Origin: Candidatus Iainarchaeum sp.
GTDB lineage: Archaea > Iainarchaeota > Iainarchaeia > Iainarchaeales > JAFCCW01
Direction of reading: 5' to 3'
Length of the DNA: 64,000 nt
Assembly (NCBI GenBank): GCA_017609985.1
Contig: JAFCCW010000001.1
Span: 16,397 to 80,396, forward strand
Shown: piece after piece, positions 1 to 8,913 of the stretch
Numbering within the stretch: position 1 is the stretch's first letter
Layout of the letters: the number at the start of each line of letters is the position of its first letter
Translations under genes and position numbers: made by a program
The notes under the pieces: generated by a model
Seen by the model: only the letters and a program-made list of their open reading frames with translations
What the model was told of the DNA's origin: nothing
The model's database searches: none

Positions 1-78
1 ATTTTCCTAATAAAAAAGACGATAAAACTTGGCTTTCCAAAGGAAAGAGTTAATAATTTTAGAAAAGCAATCTAATAT

Positions 79-1614
79 ATGGACAATCTTGTTGAAGAAT
101 CTATTGAAAAAATCGCAAAAGAATGTGAGGAAGCAGGAGCAACAAAATGGGATGTTACCAAGATTGTGAAAGAACTCTCAAAAGAAAAAGAAAAAGGAAT
201 AGAACATTTGAGAAACAAAACAATAGAACTCTTAGAAGAAATGAATCCAAAGGCAGCAAATGTTTACATCTCATTTCACAAACTAAGAGTTCACACAACT
301 GATGAGAAAATAGAACCCTTTGACAGAGGAAACATCATAAAATCGCTTACTAAAGAAACAGATGTAAACAGGAGTGTCGCAGAGAACATTGGAAACGAAG
401 TTGAAAACAAGATAAAAGATTATAAAATAAAATTTCTGACAACTGCACTAATAAGAGAAATGGTTAATGCAAAACTTCTGGAGTATGGTTATGAAAATGT
501 ACAAAACCAGTACACTCGACTGGGAATGCCTGTGTTTGATGTTCAAAAAAATATTGATAAAAAAACAGATTGGGAAGAAACCCTGCGAGAATTCAACATA
601 CTAAAAGTTATTCCGAGAGAAATACTGAAAAAGCATTTTGAGAACAGCATATTTATTGAAGACATTGCGGGATTTTCAACAAGAGCAATATCTTATTCAA
701 TGCAACCAGAAGAAGGAAACAATGTTTCTGAAACAATAATAAAAACAATGAAACACGCAGAGAAAATTCAAGGATTGTTCAAAAGAAAAATTTCAATAGA
801 CCAGTTAAATCTTTTTTTGTCAACAAAGATTTCTAAGAAAAAAGAAACAAAGGAAGCAACAGAACTCTGCGCTCTTGCATTCCCAAAGAACTGCGTTGGA
901 AATTATCTCTATGTTCCTGAAGAAACAGAAAAACAAATTGAGATAAATAAAACACACTCAAACGAAATAGCAAACCATATGCTGAGACTGTTGCGAGAAC
1001 AGGAAACAAAAACAGTTGTAGACAGCAGATTCAAACTAAAACTTCTCAAAAAGAATAGTTTCTCTGACGGAATGGTTGTTCTAAACTGCTCCAAAGAAAG
1101 GCTTTTCCCCCACACAGGACTGCTTTCAAGCAGTTCAAGAGGGATTTCAAGCAACATAATGATTAACATTTCAAAGATAACAAAAGAATCAGAAAATGAG
1201 GAAATATTTTCTGAAAAGCTTGACGAAATTGCAGAAGCAGTTAAAGAATGCGGACTTGAAAGAAAAAAACAAATTAAGGAAAGAAAACTGTTCAAAGAAA
1301 ATAATCTTTCTCCAGCAGAATTTGAAGAATGCGCAAGTCTTTATGGATTGGAAAACGGAACCAAATTTTCCAGAAAAAAAGTAATAAAAAAATGTTTTAT
1401 GAACAAAGGAATCAGAATAACAGAAAGCATTGTTCCCGAAGGAATTCACAGATTTGAAAAAGAAAACCAGAAATTAACAGAAATAAAAACAGAAATAGGA
1501 ACAAAAGAGAAAGAAATTGAATTTGAAGCAGAATCAAAAAAAGAGCTGTATACAAAAATAAAACAAGGAATTCCAATAATTATTCTCAAAAAAAATCAGT
1601 CTGAACAAAACTAA
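79..1614 (+). CDS. ATP-cone domain protein with a degenerate NrdD-like (class III ribonucleotide reductase) N-terminal region
   Basis: Residues about 75-150 (IEPFDRGNIIKSL...LIREMVNAKLLEYGYENVQNQYTRLG) follow the ATP-cone pattern. Downstream, HFENSIFIEDIAGF resembles the H-x-G-x-IHIHDL segment of NrdD. No C-terminal glycyl-radical motif is visible in the 511 aa. Confidence 0.5.
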   Translation: MDNLVEESIEKIAKECEEAGATKWDVTKIVKELSKEKEKGIEHLRNKTIELLEEMNPKAANVYISFHKLRVHTTDEKIEPFDRGNIIKSLTKETDVNRSVAENIGNEVENKIKDYKIKFLTTALIREMVNAKLLEYGYENVQNQYTRLGMPVFDVQKNIDKKTDWEETLREFNILKVIPREILKKHFENSIFIEDIAGFSTRAISYSMQPEEGNNVSETIIKTMKHAEKIQGLFKRKISIDQLNLFLSTKISKKKETKEATELCALAFPKNCVGNYLYVPEETEKQIEINKTHSNEIANHMLRLLREQETKTVVDSRFKLKLLKKNSFSDGMVVLNCSKERLFPHTGLLSSSSRGISSNIMINISKITKESENEEIFSEKLDEIAEAVKECGLERKKQIKERKLFKENNLSPAEFEECASLYGLENGTKFSRKKVIKKCFMNKGIRITESIVPEGIHRFEKENQKLTEIKTEIGTKEKEIEFEAESKKELYTKIKQGIPIIILKKNQSEQN

Positions 1615-2339
1615 TAATTCCCTTTTTCAAAATTTTTTATAAGATCAAACTTTTGCATAAAAAGATATGTCTTCATGACTTCCATAAAAGGAACCACAAA
1701 AACCATCACTAGCAAAAGAGAAACAAATCTTCCTGACAAAAAAACAGGATCGAAAGCAAACTCAACTAAAAGCACAAGCGCAAGAAGAATTGAACCGACA
1801 ATAATAACTGAGAAAAAATGTTTTGGATTTTTCAGCATAAATTCAATATTGTTGCTGAAAGCTTCCCTTATTTTTATTTCATCAACAACGATTGACTGAG
1901 GAACAAAAAGAGTCAAAAGAGAGACTAGAAGTGCAACAAGAGATGACAAAATAAGACCTATTCCAAAAAACTCAAAGATAAGGGAAAGCAGGAAAAGAAA
2001 AACAAAAAGAAAAGTGTAAAATGTAAAAATTTTTAGTGTGAACTTTTTAAGCATCTCAGAAATATAGTACTGAATTTTTACCTTGCTCAAATCACGCCGC
2101 ACTGCAAGAATAATTACGGAAATAAACAAAGAATAAAACACAAGATAAAGCAGAGAAAATAGAATTAATGCAACCAAAAACAAGGAATCAGCTGGATTGT
2201 ATTCTGCAAAAATCGTGCCAGAACCAACAACAGTATTTGGAAAAAATGAAAATAAAGCAACAAAAACCAACAGCAAACCAAATCCGAGCGCAGCCTTAAA
2301 GTTTGATAAATACTCTTGCAAAACCTTTTCCAAAAACAT
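1611..2339 (-). CDS. polytopic membrane protein, unknown function
   Basis: 242-aa ORF with several long hydrophobic segments (e.g. LGFGLLLVFVALFSFF, LVALLVSLLTLFV). It is the pyrimidine-rich strand in the + orientation, as expected for a minus-strand gene. No catalytic motif recognised. Confidence 0.6.
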   Translation of the reverse strand: MFLEKVLQEYLSNFKAALGFGLLLVFVALFSFFPNTVVGSGTIFAEYNPADSLFLVALILFSLLYLVFYSLFISVIILAVRRDLSKVKIQYYISEMLKKFTLKIFTFYTFLFVFLFLLSLIFEFFGIGLILSSLVALLVSLLTLFVPQSIVVDEIKIREAFSNNIEFMLKNPKHFFSVIIVGSILLALVLLVEFAFDPVFLSGRFVSLLLVMVFVVPFMEVMKTYLFMQKFDLIKNFEKGNY

Positions 2340-2382
2340 TTAACCCCGAAATAATAGAATTGGAAAAAGAATAAATAACCGT

Positions 2383-3630
2383 CTATTCAACAAGCTTGCC
2401 TGATAAATAGGTTGGAAACGCTTTTTCAATGAAAACATTGCAGAATCCCCCAAGCCTGTTTTCGGTCACTGCAACCTGCTTGTAAGAATTTGTTCTGCCA
2501 ATAAAATTGCCCCTATTGCCAGTAGCAGAGACAAGAATTTCCTGTTTTGTGCCGACAAGCAGTTTTTTTTGTTCAAGAGAAAAAGAAGAGCAAAGTGTTG
2601 AGAGTTGCCTGCTTCTCTGCTTTTTTTCACGGTCAATTATTTTGTCAGGCATTTTTTCAGCAGACGTGTTCGGCCTGTCACCGTAACGGGAAATATTGGT
2701 AATGTAAGGCTCTGCTTTTTTGAGAGCAGAAACTGTTTCATTAAATTCCTGTTCTGTTTCACCAGGAAAGCCAACGATTACATCAGTGCTTATTGAAATT
2801 TCTGGAAAACGCTTTTTTGCAGCAGAAACAATTGAATGAAACTCTTCAACAGAGTAAGGTCGGTTCATGCGCTCAAGCACACTGTCAGAACCGCTTTGCA
2901 AGGGAATATGAAGAAACTTGTAAATTCTCTTGTCCTCAAACAAGTCAAGAAATTTGTCAAGAACTGGAAGAATACGACCAGGATTCATCATGCCAATTCT
3001 CAGACGATAATTGCCCTTTGTTTCAAGAAAAGTTGAAATAAGTTCAGGGAGCGAAGAACCAATGTCAGCACCATAACAAGCAGTGTCTTGAGACGTGACC
3101 CAGATTTCAGTGCTTGAAGAAAGAGACTGTTTAAAGGAGTCAGCAAGCTCTTGAACAGAATAGCTTTTGAGAGGACCGCGAGCATTCCTTACTGCACAAA
3201 AACTGCATTCACCCAGACACCCCCTGCTAATTGGAAGAATTGAAATAGAGTCTCCAGGAACAGAAAAAGAAGGAAGAAGCGGAGAAAAACGTTTAGGAGG
3301 CAAAGAAAGAATTAAAGCAAGCTCTTCAAGGCAAGGTCCGCAAGAAACAATGTTTTTGGAAACAGGAATTAAATCAGGGTTAATTTTTGTGAGACAACCA
3401 AATACAACAAGGAGAGCATTGTTTTTTTTTGCGAATTTTTCAAGCTCTGAAATTCTGCGAAGCATCTTGTTTTCAGTGGGAAGCTTTACCGCACAAGTGT
3501 TGATTACTAAAACATCTGCAGTCTCTGGATTGGAAGAAAGTGTATACTTATTTAGTTCAAGAAAAGATTTAATTTTGAGAGTGTCGCTGTGATTAAGAGA
3601 ACAGCCATATCCTTCAACAAAAGCATTCAA
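2383..3630 (-). CDS. radical SAM methylthiotransferase, MiaB/CDKAL1 (tRNA t6A37 methylthiotransferase-like) family
   Basis: N-terminal UPF0004-type region (GCSLNHSDT...VLVINTCAV), a radical SAM cluster motif (GCLGECSFCAV) and a C-terminal TRAM-like region (LVGTKQEILV...GRTNSYKQV). Confidence 0.85.
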   Translation of the reverse strand: MNAFVEGYGCSLNHSDTLKIKSFLELNKYTLSSNPETADVLVINTCAVKLPTENKMLRRISELEKFAKKNNALLVVFGCLTKINPDLIPVSKNIVSCGPCLEELALILSLPPKRFSPLLPSFSVPGDSISILPISRGCLGECSFCAVRNARGPLKSYSVQELADSFKQSLSSSTEIWVTSQDTACYGADIGSSLPELISTFLETKGNYRLRIGMMNPGRILPVLDKFLDLFEDKRIYKFLHIPLQSGSDSVLERMNRPYSVEEFHSIVSAAKKRFPEISISTDVIVGFPGETEQEFNETVSALKKAEPYITNISRYGDRPNTSAEKMPDKIIDREKKQRSRQLSTLCSSFSLEQKKLLVGTKQEILVSATGNRGNFIGRTNSYKQVAVTENRLGGFCNVFIEKAFPTYLSGKLVE

Positions 3631-3644
3631 TCAGCTCACCAAAA

Positions 3645-4259
3645 TTAGAGAATATTTTTTCTGGCTAACACAAACAAAAGAAAATTTGAAGCCCAGCCAA
3701 GCAAACCTGCGACAGTAAAAAGGCTGAAAGAACTATTTGAAAACCTCTGAGGAAAATTAATAGTAAGAATTGTTTTTGCAGGGCTTGCAGCTTGACCCGC
3801 AGCAAAAATTTCATTGCACTGGTCCTCAGCAAAGCAAACAGCAAGCTCGTCCACGCCAGTATTTGGCTGAACAGCAGGAAGATTATACCAATAAAGCCCG
3901 ATAAAAAATGAGAAAAGTGCGAAGATTATGAAAATTGCGGGAAAAGCAAGCCTTAGGTTTTTGATATCTGGAAATTTTTTAACAACCCAGCCTGCTGAAA
4001 CAAAAGCAAAGAAGAATCCAAAAACAGGAGAAACAAGATAGAGAAGACTCTGCTGAATAGAAGGAGGGCTTGCAAACAAATTAATAATCGGCAAAGAACC
4101 AAAAAGAGAAAAAAGAGAAGAAGAAGCTGCAGAATAAACCCAGACTATTACATAACTTACAATGAAAAGCATTGCCACTATTGCAGGCATTACTCTCGCT
4201 GAACTGCTCGAATTCTTTTTTTCCATAACAATACTAACCCAGTTAACGTTTTTAACCAT
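3645..4259 (-). CDS. polytopic membrane protein, unknown function
   Basis: Hydrophobic ORF. I start it at Met41 (MVKNVNW, ATG at 4259) because the longer ORF to 4379 would overlap the divergent RFC gene by 90 nt. Confidence 0.55.
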   Translation of the reverse strand: MVKNVNWVSIVMEKKNSSSSARVMPAIVAMLFIVSYVIVWVYSAASSSLFSLFGSLPIINLFASPPSIQQSLLYLVSPVFGFFFAFVSAGWVVKKFPDIKNLRLAFPAIFIIFALFSFFIGLYWYNLPAVQPNTGVDELAVCFAEDQCNEIFAAGQAASPAKTILTINFPQRFSNSSFSLFTVAGLLGWASNFLLFVLARKNIL

Positions 4260-4289
4260 TATCTTTGATAAGATTCTTGAGGGATTAAG

Positions 4290-5249
4290 ATGGAAATAGA
4301 ATTGCCGTGGATTGAAAAATACAGGCCACAAAAACTGGAAGATGTTGTTGGTCAAGAAGAACCCATTAAAAGACTTCAAAGTTATGTGACCAACAAAACC
4401 CTGCCAAATTTGCTCTTTTCAGGCTCGGCCGGGGTTGGCAAAACATCCGCAGCAGTATCGCTTGCAAAAGAACTGTTTCAAACAGGATTTGAAAGAAATT
4501 TTCTTGAACTAAACGCAAGCGATGACAGGGGAATAGACGTAGTGAGGAAAACCATCAAAGACTTTGCAAGAACTCTGGCATTTGAAGCAGACTTTAAAAT
4601 AATTTTTTTAGATGAAAGCGATGCACTAACATCCGATGCACAACAGGCACTTAGACGAACAATGGAAAAGTATACAAGAACCTGCAGATTTATTCTTTCA
4701 TGCAATTATTCTTCACGAATAATTGAACCAATTCAAAGCAGGTGTGTAGTGTTTAGATTCAGACCATTAAACAGCAAAGATGTTGAAAAGAAAATTTTGT
4801 CAATCGCAGAAATTGAAAAAATTGAAATAGATGAAAGCGCACTCAAAGCAATTTCCTATGTGTCTCAAGGAGACATGCGAAAAGCAGTAAATGTTTTTCA
4901 GGCAGCAAGCAGTGGAAACGACAAGCTTGGAGAAGAATCTGTTTACAATGTTGCAAGCCAAGCAAGACCTGATGAAATAAAACAGCTCATAGAAAAAGCT
5001 CTTGCAGGAGAATTTCTAAAAGCAAGGGAACTGCTTGATAATCTGATGTACGAGCACGGAATGTCAGGAGAAGATGTTATTCTTCAACTGTACAGAGAAC
5101 TCATAGGAATGAGTGAAGAAGAAATGCCAAGCAAGAGAAAAATAGAACTTGTTGACACAATTGGCGAATACAACTTCAGACTGGTTGAAGGAGCAAATGA
5201 AAGAATTCAACTGGAAGCACTCATCGCCCAGTTTGGAAAAAAAGAATGA
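4290..5249 (+). CDS. rfcS: replication factor C small subunit
   Basis: LPWIEKYRPQKLEDVVGQ (RFC box II), Walker A GSAGVGKTS, the DEAD-like box LDESDALT, SRC motif (IQSRCVVFRF), and a typical length of 319 aa. Confidence 0.95.
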   Translation: MEIELPWIEKYRPQKLEDVVGQEEPIKRLQSYVTNKTLPNLLFSGSAGVGKTSAAVSLAKELFQTGFERNFLELNASDDRGIDVVRKTIKDFARTLAFEADFKIIFLDESDALTSDAQQALRRTMEKYTRTCRFILSCNYSSRIIEPIQSRCVVFRFRPLNSKDVEKKILSIAEIEKIEIDESALKAISYVSQGDMRKAVNVFQAASSGNDKLGEESVYNVASQARPDEIKQLIEKALAGEFLKARELLDNLMYEHGMSGEDVILQLYRELIGMSEEEMPSKRKIELVDTIGEYNFRLVEGANERIQLEALIAQFGKKE

Positions 5250-5257
5250 CCTGGTTT

Positions 5258-6916
5258 TCATTCCTGAGGGCAGACAACTGTTGCTTCAGTGTAATCCCCA
5301 GGATAAGATAAGTCTTTTTTTGGATTAAGTTTTACCCAGATAAAAAACTTTTCAGGAGAAAGATGCTTTGAAGGTTTTTTGGAAAACTGGAACAACTCGT
5401 TTTTCAGAGTCGGGTTTGTATCAACTAAATCACTCCATTTTTCATTCAGAGAATCAAACACTGGTCTTTTGTTTATTTCAGAAGCAAGTTTCTGCAAAGA
5501 GGCAACAAGCTGGGAATGATTCATTGCAAAAAAATACTTACCTCCTGTCTGCTTCGCAACATCTGAAAGAGTTGTGTGCTCAAAAGGAGTTTTCATATAT
5601 TCATCTGAACCAATTCCAATTACATAAATTTTCACCCCGAACTTTTTCGCAAGCTTGATTGATTCTGAAAGACTGAAAACTGTTTTGTCTTCTCCAGTTA
5701 CAGAATCAAGAAGATGTGGATTTGTATCGTGGCCATCTGACAAGAGAATTATTATCCGTTCCCTGTTCTTAGGAACAGAAGAAAGACGCTGGAACGCAGG
5801 ATACATTCCACTCAAAATGCACGTGCCCTCATTCCCCTTTATGTTTGGATAACTGCCCTGAATAGTTTTAAATACAGAGGAATGATCTGTTGAAATTCCT
5901 GAAACAAGAAAATTTTTTGTGTCAAACTTAACAGCACCAATTCTGTCCTTGTCAGAAATTTTTTCAAAAAATGTTTCAAGAGCAAACAAGGCAGATTTCC
6001 ATTTTGTGATTGTTGCACCCTCATACTTTGGCTCGCTCCATTCGCCGCGATTCACATAATAAACTGTTTTTGCAACAGACTCTGTTCTGGGAAAATCCCA
6101 CTTCATTGAACCTGATTTGTCAAGCACAAGCATTATGTCTGCTTCTACACCAGCCTGATTAGCAGGAGCATCATCAACCTCTGCTCTCACCCCGATTTCC
6201 ACATCAAAAAATTCAAGAGAAAAAGTTTCATCAAGCTTGTCAACAGCGGTGAGAACGCGATGGCTTGAAAGATCATAAACTGCTTTTGGGTTCTCAGGAT
6301 CGCGGCAGATTGTTTTTCCAGAGGAATCAAAAGAAGGAGGAACAATTGCAAGAGTAAGAATTCCGCTTGGGCCAGGCTCTGGGCCAGGCTCTGGGGCAGG
6401 CTCTGGGGCAGGCTCTGGACCGGGATCCGGGTCAGGACCGGGGTTGGGATTAGGATCAGGAACTACAGCAGGAATACCATCTCCAAGCACTGGAATGATT
6501 CCTGTTTCGAGAACAATTCCTTCAGTATCATAGAACTCTTGAATATAATGATTTTTTGCGATAAAAGCAGTTATTGTAACTGTGTTTGGAACAGAGCGAT
6601 CAAGAGGAGATGGAAGAGGAAACTCAAAATTAAGATTTTCTTCTTTCAGGATATCTGTTCTCTCCCGCTCCACAGACTGAGACAAGAAAAGACCAAGGCT
6701 GTTTCTGACTCCTATTTCAACTTCGTATTCACGAATTGCCTCATTCGGGTCAACAAGCTTAACAGCACTGACTATTCTCGGATTAGAAATTTTATCCTGA
6801 ACAAGCTCGTATTCATAATAAATTTTAGGGCTTGAACTCTCAACCCTAAGAGTTTCAGAAAAGCATGTTTGAGATAAGAGAACAAAAGCCAGTGCAAGAA
6901 TAAAGAATTTTTTCAT
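5258..6916 (-). CDS. secreted von Willebrand factor A (vWA/MIDAS) domain protein with a Pro-rich linker
   Basis: Signal peptide MKKFFILALAFVLLSQTCFS; linker PDPNPNPGPDPDPGPEPAPEPAPEPGPEPGP; MIDAS elements LVLDKSGSM and ILLSDGHDT; IGIGSD near the C-terminal end of the fold. Confidence 0.8.
   Translation of the reverse strand: MKKFFILALAFVLLSQTCFSETLRVESSSPKIYYEYELVQDKISNPRIVSAVKLVDPNEAIREYEVEIGVRNSLGLFLSQSVERERTDILKEENLNFEFPLPSPLDRSVPNTVTITAFIAKNHYIQEFYDTEGIVLETGIIPVLGDGIPAVVPDPNPNPGPDPDPGPEPAPEPAPEPGPEPGPSGILTLAIVPPSFDSSGKTICRDPENPKAVYDLSSHRVLTAVDKLDETFSLEFFDVEIGVRAEVDDAPANQAGVEADIMLVLDKSGSMKWDFPRTESVAKTVYYVNRGEWSEPKYEGATITKWKSALFALETFFEKISDKDRIGAVKFDTKNFLVSGISTDHSSVFKTIQGSYPNIKGNEGTCILSGMYPAFQRLSSVPKNRERIIILLSDGHDTNPHLLDSVTGEDKTVFSLSESIKLAKKFGVKIYVIGIGSDEYMKTPFEHTTLSDVAKQTGGKYFFAMNHSQLVASLQKLASEINKRPVFDSLNEKWSDLVDTNPTLKNELFQFSKKPSKHLSPEKFFIWVKLNPKKDLSYPGDYTEATVVCPQE
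6369..6460. repeat. GC-rich 12-nt tandem repeat (4 near-perfect units followed by degenerate units) encoding the PEPA/PEPG linker
   Basis: GGGCCAGGCTCT x2 (6369-6392) and GGGGCAGGCTCT x2 (6393-6416), then related GGACCGGG/GGATC units up to about 6460. Lies inside CDS 5258..6916. Confidence 0.85.
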
Positions 6917-6925
6917 TTAAATCAC

Positions 6926-7363
6926 TTACGAATACGATGAAGAAAGTTTTTTGTGAAGCGCAATTTCAAGATTGGAAAATTTTTCACTACAATCTGCTAA
7001 CTGATTAATAAAAGCAGACTGCAATTCAAAATAAGTAGAAGCTTCCTCTTCAGAAGAATTTTCAAAATCTATTTCTTGCGGAGCAGACTGTTTTGCAGAA
7101 TCAATGCAGGACTCGTAATCAGAAACAAGGCTGTTCAAAGAAGAATCATTGTATTCCTTGACTATGAGAAGAAATGTTTCAGAACTTGATTTTTCAGGAT
7201 AAATTGTTTTTGAAACCAGACCCTCTGAAGCAAGCCTTGATTCAAGAGAAACAAAAAAAAGCTTGCCATCAACATGGCTTGAAGAAGGCTGAAAAAACAA
7301 AAAACCTGCAACAATGGCAAAAAATACTGCAACTGCAAGAAAGAATAATTCTCTTTTTTCCAT
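6926..7363 (-). CDS. small N-terminally membrane-anchored protein, unknown function
   Basis: 145-aa ORF with one N-terminal hydrophobic helix (LFFLAVAVFFAIVAGFLFF) and an acidic Ser-rich remainder. It sits 9 nt upstream of the vWA gene on the same strand. Confidence 0.55.
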   Translation of the reverse strand: MEKRELFFLAVAVFFAIVAGFLFFQPSSSHVDGKLFFVSLESRLASEGLVSKTIYPEKSSSETFLLIVKEYNDSSLNSLVSDYESCIDSAKQSAPQEIDFENSSEEEASTYFELQSAFINQLADCSEKFSNLEIALHKKLSSSYS

Positions 7364-7433
7364 ACAAATAAAGAGGGATAAATTGTATTTAATGCTTTGC
7401 AGAAGAGATATTTCATGATTAAAATTTGCAGAA

Positions 7434-8672
7434 TTAAGAAAACCATTCAGTCAAGCGACGCTGCTTTTTAAGATTATCAATCAGTTTTGATTCTGCGAGA
7501 TAGTGAGACAAGGGAACTGAAAGTTTGTTGGAAACATACTCAAGAGCAAGATCAAGGTCAAAAAAGTTAAGAGGTTTTGAGGACAAGGCATTTCTGACAG
7601 TTTCCCTAATAACCCAGACACCCAGAGGAATATTGTATTCAGAACCGATTTCGCGAAAAACAATTGCGGAAGACTGCCTCTTTAATTCAACCAACTTTTC
7701 TGCAACAGCAAGACGAGCAGAATAATAAGCACCTTCAACATTGCTCGCATATGACTTGCGGGGCTTGTAAAATTCATGGTCTTGAATAACCTGCGAAGTT
7801 TTTGCTTCAGCAGTCCACGTCCCACCAGGAAGCCAGCACTCCAACTGTTCAAAAGACCATTCAGAAGGAATAAGAAGAATAAAAAAGCGGTTGTCAAGAT
7901 AGATTGAAGAAAAAAGAAGAATTTCTCCAAGCTGTTGAAATTGCTTTACTTTTTCCTCAATTAACTTTTTTGAAAGAGAATCATCAGCAGCAGTAATAGA
8001 CCAGCGAAGAGGAACAAGCTTGCGCTTTTTCCTGACTCCAAGAGTCCCAAGGGAAAGAAGCTTGTAAAGATATGAAACCGGCAAGCCAGAATCATAGAGT
8101 TCCGAGAGCGCAGTATTTGCTTTGACTGCAGTGTCAGAAACAAGATAATCAACCTTTTGAGGAACAGAAGTGTTTTCCGTGAGCGAGAATTTTTTGAGAG
8201 AAGCGCGGGGGCCGAGCGGAGCAGTAGTGTCAGAAAAGGAAAGAGAAGGAGAAGGCTTTTTGAAAAGAGAAATTTCAACATCAGTTGGCTTGTCACTCAT
8301 CGCAAGATCCTGAAGGTCAAGAAGAGAATAAGACGGATTAGCTGCTTCGTGAACAGAAATTGGACGAGTGGAATGCACAAGGGATTCGCGAAAAGAAACA
8401 ATTTCTTCCTGTGATAGGGAAAACCATTTTTCCGGAGAATCCAATAAAGCAGCTTTCGGGGTTTGTTCAGTCGGGGAGAGAGGAGCAATTGAAACCTTTG
8501 GATAACCCTTCCAAGAAACAAATACACTGGGGGGAGACGAACCCTGAAAACTTGTTCCCTTTATGTTGGAAACAACTTTTTTCTGGCTTGAATGACGTTC
8601 GAGAATAGGACACTTCTTGGCTCCACACAAGAGCTTGCCCTTGCACTTGATACAGAGAGAAGGAGAAACCAT
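7434..8672 (-). CDS. nreA: archaeal Nre-family protein (putative DNA repair protein NreA)
   Basis: The N-terminus LCIKCKGKLLCGAKKCPILE is the characteristic Cys-rich Nre start. The 412-aa length fits the family. Recognised from memory of the family, not from a search. Confidence 0.65.
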   Translation of the reverse strand: MVSPSLCIKCKGKLLCGAKKCPILERHSSQKKVVSNIKGTSFQGSSPPSVFVSWKGYPKVSIAPLSPTEQTPKAALLDSPEKWFSLSQEEIVSFRESLVHSTRPISVHEAANPSYSLLDLQDLAMSDKPTDVEISLFKKPSPSLSFSDTTAPLGPRASLKKFSLTENTSVPQKVDYLVSDTAVKANTALSELYDSGLPVSYLYKLLSLGTLGVRKKRKLVPLRWSITAADDSLSKKLIEEKVKQFQQLGEILLFSSIYLDNRFFILLIPSEWSFEQLECWLPGGTWTAEAKTSQVIQDHEFYKPRKSYASNVEGAYYSARLAVAEKLVELKRQSSAIVFREIGSEYNIPLGVWVIRETVRNALSSKPLNFFDLDLALEYVSNKLSVPLSHYLAESKLIDNLKKQRRLTEWFS

Positions 8673-8913
8673 TAGAAAAACCCCAACATATATTGAACTT
8701 GCTCGGAAGGTTTTAAGGAATTAATGAAATAGGACTCAGAAAAGAACAAAAACAAGCATTTAAAAAAACTAAGATTGAATAATATTTTATGTGGCTTGAA
8801 AGAAGGTGTTTTCGGACAGTGCAGCGGTAGTGCACTTTTCCAGAAAATTAAAGAAAAAAACTGTACTGATTCTGTAACAACCTTTGAAGAAGAGCCAAAC
8901 GGAGGCGTGAAAA

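Noticed and set aside
3645-4379. Longest-ORF starts for three minus-strand genes (3645..4379, 12853..13557, 52734..53555)
   Set aside because: The N-terminal extensions are Phe/Cys/Leu-rich and lie opposite a divergent gene or a polypurine spacer. Internal Met codons give sensible N-termini, notably the Tmk P-loop right after MKGMLFVIEG.
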